Below are positions 26,066-29,043 of a stretch of 29,043 bases of DNA, piece after piece. Source of the stretch: Candidatus Subterrananammoxibius californiae (GTDB lineage Bacteria > Planctomycetota > Brocadiia > Brocadiales > Subterrananammoxibiaceae); the NCBI GenBank assembly GCA_030586555.1, contig JAURAC010000005.1, positions 71,959 through 101,001 of the forward strand. The letters are read 5' to 3'. How positions within the stretch are numbered: the first letter of the stretch is position 1; every line of letters begins with the position of its first letter. The notes beneath the pieces are model-generated. The model was not told the DNA's origin. It made no database searches and worked only from the letters and a program-made list of their open reading frames with translations. A program made the translations under genes and the position numbers.

Positions 26066-26097
26066 ACACACCCCCATCCCCCTCTTTTTAGAGGGGA
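26066..26097. repeat. Family B unit, inverted relative to 24288-24379
   Basis: Reverse complement TCCCCTCTAAAAAGAGGGGGATGGGGGTGTGT. Confidence 0.88.
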
Positions 26098-26117
26098 GAG
26101 AAAAAGGAAATCGAAAA

Positions 26118-26552
26118 ATGAAAGAAATAAAGGATAAGATTACAGAAACATTGAAGGTTGCCATGAAGGCGCAGGATAAGCTCACAATGTCCGTGCTGAG
26201 GATGATACTATCCGAGATGACGCTTTTAGAGAAATCCGGTAAGGAGTTTAAGTATATTGATGCGGTGAAGGGTTATGCTAAAAAATTGAAAAAGACAATC
26301 GAGGAGTATGAACGGTTGAAATTACCAGATAAAGCAAATGAGGTAAAGGCAGAACTTGCTATAGTTGAGGAATACTTGCCAAAACCGATGGGTGATGACG
26401 AACTTGAAAGGATTGTTGCCGAGGTAATAGAAGCAAATAAATTTACAAGTAAGGATATTGGTAATGCAATGAAGATAATCATGGGTAAGTACTCCGATGT
26501 TGTGGATGGCAAGAGGGTTCAGTCGCTTATAAGGGAAAAGCTGAGCAAGTAG
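26118..26552 (+). CDS. GatB/YqeY domain protein
   Basis: LKVAMKAQDK...VLRMI...ELAIVEEYLPKPM...KDIGNAMK...DGKRV; RBS AAGGA upstream of ATG 26118. Confidence 0.9.
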   Translation: MKEIKDKITETLKVAMKAQDKLTMSVLRMILSEMTLLEKSGKEFKYIDAVKGYAKKLKKTIEEYERLKLPDKANEVKAELAIVEEYLPKPMGDDELERIVAEVIEANKFTSKDIGNAMKIIMGKYSDVVDGKRVQSLIREKLSK

Positions 26553-26559
26553 AATAAAA

Positions 26560-28710
26560 ATGTTTATTTACTTAAAATCTTTTATTTGGGCATTGGTTTT
26601 CATCCTACTATGCCTGGGAGGAAATCCTATGGGTGGCGCAGGGTCGAATCCGCCTCAGGCGGACGCCTCAGGCGGACAAAAAAAGGTGAACTGGCACGAA
26701 TGGAACGATGAAACCTTTAATCTGGCGCAGGAGTTGGATAAGCCTATACTGCTCGATATTGGGGGTATCTGGTGCCACTGGTGTCATGTAATGGAAGAAG
26801 AATGTTACTCTAATCCAGAGGTTATTGATATTATTAATGAGCACTATATTGCCATACAGGTTGATACTGACAAGAGGCCTGATATTAATGAGCGATATAA
26901 CATGGGTGGCTGGCCAACAACTGCCTTCCTTCTGCCAACAGGGGATTCTATGCTTATTAAGGACGAGGAAGGGGATATAATACGGGTTGGCGGCACGTTC
27001 TTCCGGGCTGAACAATTCAAAGGGCTTCTGCTGAGCATAAGCCGTTATTATAAGGAAAATAAAGAAACGCTTGTTTCGCTTAGTAAATCGGTTGCTCGGG
27101 CGCACAAAAGCCTTCGCGAGATACCTGTTGCAAGCGATGCAGAAGTGACGGTATCAATGGTAGACAACCTGGCTCAGTCTGTGGTATCGGCATTTGATGA
27201 AACCTATGCTGGCTTCTGGTTCGGCCGTGGGAACAAATTCCCGCAACCTGCGACGGTCGAATTTGCATTGATGAGATACCAGAGGACTGGCGATGAAAGG
27301 ATGCTCGATTACGCCACCCGCACGCTCGATGCAATGGCATCAGGAGGCATGTATGACCATCTCTGGGGCGGGTTTCACCGTTATTCTGTTACCCCTGATT
27401 GGCGCGTACCGCATTTTGAAAAGATGAGTATGGATAATTCGCTCCTCCTTCAAAATTATCTACATGCCTATCAGGTAACAGGCAGGGAATTTTATAAAAG
27501 GGTAGCAGAAGAAACGGTGGGTTATATTAGTTCAGTTATGTCTGACCCGCTTAAGGCGGGTGGCTTTTATGGCTCTCAGGATGCTGATGTAGGACCGGAT
27601 GATGACGGCAGTTATTATACATGGAGTGAAAAGCAGGTACGTGATTTATTGCCGCAAAAGGAGGCAGACGTAATTATTAAATATTTTGGAATAAATGATA
27701 ATCGTAATGCCATGAACGAACACCCTGAACAGCGTGTGCTTAATATTTCTCATCTGCCTCAGGCGGGCGAGCGCGAGAACGAAGAATTAATCCGCCTCAG
27801 GCAGACAGCAATGGAAAAAATGCGTCAGGCAAGGGCAAAGATAAAAGCCCCTGCAGTAGATAAAACAGTGTACACCGATTGGAACGCAATGATGGTATCG
27901 AGCTTCCTGGACGCCTCCGTGGCTCTAAATCCCCCTATATCCCCCTTTATTAAAGGGGGAGTAAGCGGGATTAAAGATTTTGCACTTAAGACCATCGAGT
28001 TTTTGCTTGAGCATTGCTACGAAAAGGATAAAGGAATGCATCATTATTACGATGGTAAACCACATGTTACGGGGTTATTAACGGACCAGGCAAATATGGC
28101 AAATTGTCTTATTGATGCATACCAGTTTACTGCGGATAACAGATACCTCGAAATTTCACAGGAACTGGTAGAATTTATGGTGGAAAACTTTATTGATGAA
28201 GAGGGTGGAGGTTTTTTTGATACAGCGAAGGTTTCCGATGCCCCAGGCGCGCTACAAGAAAGGGATAAGCATATTGACTTAAATGCAGTGGCATGTGACG
28301 TATTAATGAAACTTTACTATTTAATAGGGGACGAGAAATACAAAAAATTGTCAAAATCAACCATCTTAGCCTTCTCCGGGCAATTAAATAATTTTGGATT
28401 TTTCGCCTCAAGGTTTGGACTGGCTATAGATAGATTTCTTAGCTACCCGCTCCAAATTACGGTTGTCGGTTCTTTGGATGATAACCGCACAAAGGCGCTC
28501 GTTGAAGAAGGTTTAAAATTCTATGAACCTGGAAAGATTGTAGAGATATTAGACCCAAAAAAGGACAAAGTTAGAGTCGAAAAGAGAGGATATTCCGTTA
28601 CCGATGTCCCTACTGCCTATGTTTGCATAGGCGCACGTTGCATCGAGCCGGTTAAGGAGGCAGAGAAGCTTACCTCAGAATTAAAGGCATTTGCAAGGAA
28701 GGGTCAGTAA
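26560..28710 (+). CDS. Thioredoxin-domain YyaL/SPATA20 (DUF255) family protein with several palindrome-derived inserts
   Basis: WCHWCHVMEEE, VDTDKRPD, GGWPTT, GGFHRYSVTPDWRVPHFEKM, GGFYGSQDAD, AYVC. Confidence 0.93.
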   Translation: MFIYLKSFIWALVFILLCLGGNPMGGAGSNPPQADASGGQKKVNWHEWNDETFNLAQELDKPILLDIGGIWCHWCHVMEEECYSNPEVIDIINEHYIAIQVDTDKRPDINERYNMGGWPTTAFLLPTGDSMLIKDEEGDIIRVGGTFFRAEQFKGLLLSISRYYKENKETLVSLSKSVARAHKSLREIPVASDAEVTVSMVDNLAQSVVSAFDETYAGFWFGRGNKFPQPATVEFALMRYQRTGDERMLDYATRTLDAMASGGMYDHLWGGFHRYSVTPDWRVPHFEKMSMDNSLLLQNYLHAYQVTGREFYKRVAEETVGYISSVMSDPLKAGGFYGSQDADVGPDDDGSYYTWSEKQVRDLLPQKEADVIIKYFGINDNRNAMNEHPEQRVLNISHLPQAGERENEELIRLRQTAMEKMRQARAKIKAPAVDKTVYTDWNAMMVSSFLDASVALNPPISPFIKGGVSGIKDFALKTIEFLLEHCYEKDKGMHHYYDGKPHVTGLLTDQANMANCLIDAYQFTADNRYLEISQELVEFMVENFIDEEGGGFFDTAKVSDAPGALQERDKHIDLNAVACDVLMKLYYLIGDEKYKKLSKSTILAFSGQLNNFGFFASRFGLAIDRFLSYPLQITVVGSLDDNRTKALVEEGLKFYEPGKIVEILDPKKDKVRVEKRGYSVTDVPTAYVCIGARCIEPVKEAEKLTSELKAFARKGQ
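26643..26677. repeat. Family E palindrome nested in another family E palindrome, in frame
   Basis: GTC[GAATCCGCCTCAGGCGGA]CGCCTCAGGCGGAC; removing 18 bp (26646-26663) restores the perfect GTCCGCCTCAGGCGGAC. Confidence 0.85.
27928..27972. repeat. 45-bp hairpin in frame in YyaL, same type as 15376-15420
   Basis: AATCCCCCTATATCCCCCTTTATTAAAGGGGGAGTAAGCGGGATT, encoding NPPISPFIKGGVSGI. Confidence 0.88.
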
Positions 28711-28713
28711 AAT

Positions 28714-28871
28714 GGGTGGTATGGACGCATCTCCATCCCCTTCCCCTCTATTAAGAGGGGAGTTAAAAGCAAGTTCTTCCGGACTTGCTTTTAACGGGTG
28801 TGGTTGTCCGTGTTATAGAACGCAGATAAACCTGTCCTTGAGCAAAGCGAAGGAGCGGATAACCACAGATA
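28714..28871. repeat. Nested pile of mini-elements (A containing B containing a 24-bp hairpin; a 10-mer array containing a 23-bp hairpin)
   Basis: GGGTGGTATGGAC...TTGTCCGTG ends of A; TCCCCTCTATTAAGAGGGGA...GGGTGTG of B; TTAA-flanked AAGCAAGTTCTTCCGGACTTGCTT; AACGCAGATA AAC[CTGTCCTTGAGCAAAGCGAAGGA]GCGGATA ACCACAGATA. Confidence 0.75.
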
Positions 28872-29043
28872 TACCTCTGCAGAGCTAAAGGGATACAGTT
28901 TATGGATATAGAAGAAGTTTTAAAGGTAATAAGAAACGCAAAACGGCGAAACCTGACAACCCTCGACCTTTTCTACAAAAAATTAACTACCCTCCCACCA
29001 GAGATAGGGCAATTGACTAACTTGACGGGACTTTATCTTTATA

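Noticed and set aside
25364..26185. Antisense ORFs over the TPR gene and other shadow ORFs (e.g. 203-421, 512-781, 5218-5646, 14656-14988, 15409-15918, 23253-24019)
   Set aside because: They overlap well-supported genes on the other strand or frame and have no recognisable motifs.
28691..28888. 65-aa ORF after YyaL
   Set aside because: It is a translation of the nested repeat stack.

Overview
Chromosomal window from a moderately AT-rich bacterium. The gene style suggests an anammox-type Planctomycetota/Brocadiia lineage; this is an inference only. Housekeeping genes include amrB (partial), EamA, a CNNM/CBS protein, ComEA, a YhiN/BaiN flavoprotein, CcsA/CcsB cytochrome c maturation, MTA phosphorylase, tRNA-Thr(CGT), uvrB, YqeY and YyaL. 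There is a tandemly duplicated sensor kinase + HD-GYP response regulator module whose second regulator has decayed. Five small toxin-antitoxin-like gene pairs sit at gene junctions, one of them dead. An NDT/TIR-like-TPR gene is bracketed by inverted repeats. The most striking signal is a set of at least 7 kinds of very small (17-75 bp) palindromic elements, plus 7/8/10-mer tandem palindromes. They lie between genes, nest inside one another, and occur in frame inside at least five protein-coding genes. No transposase, integrase, reverse transcriptase or CRISPR-Cas gene is in the window.
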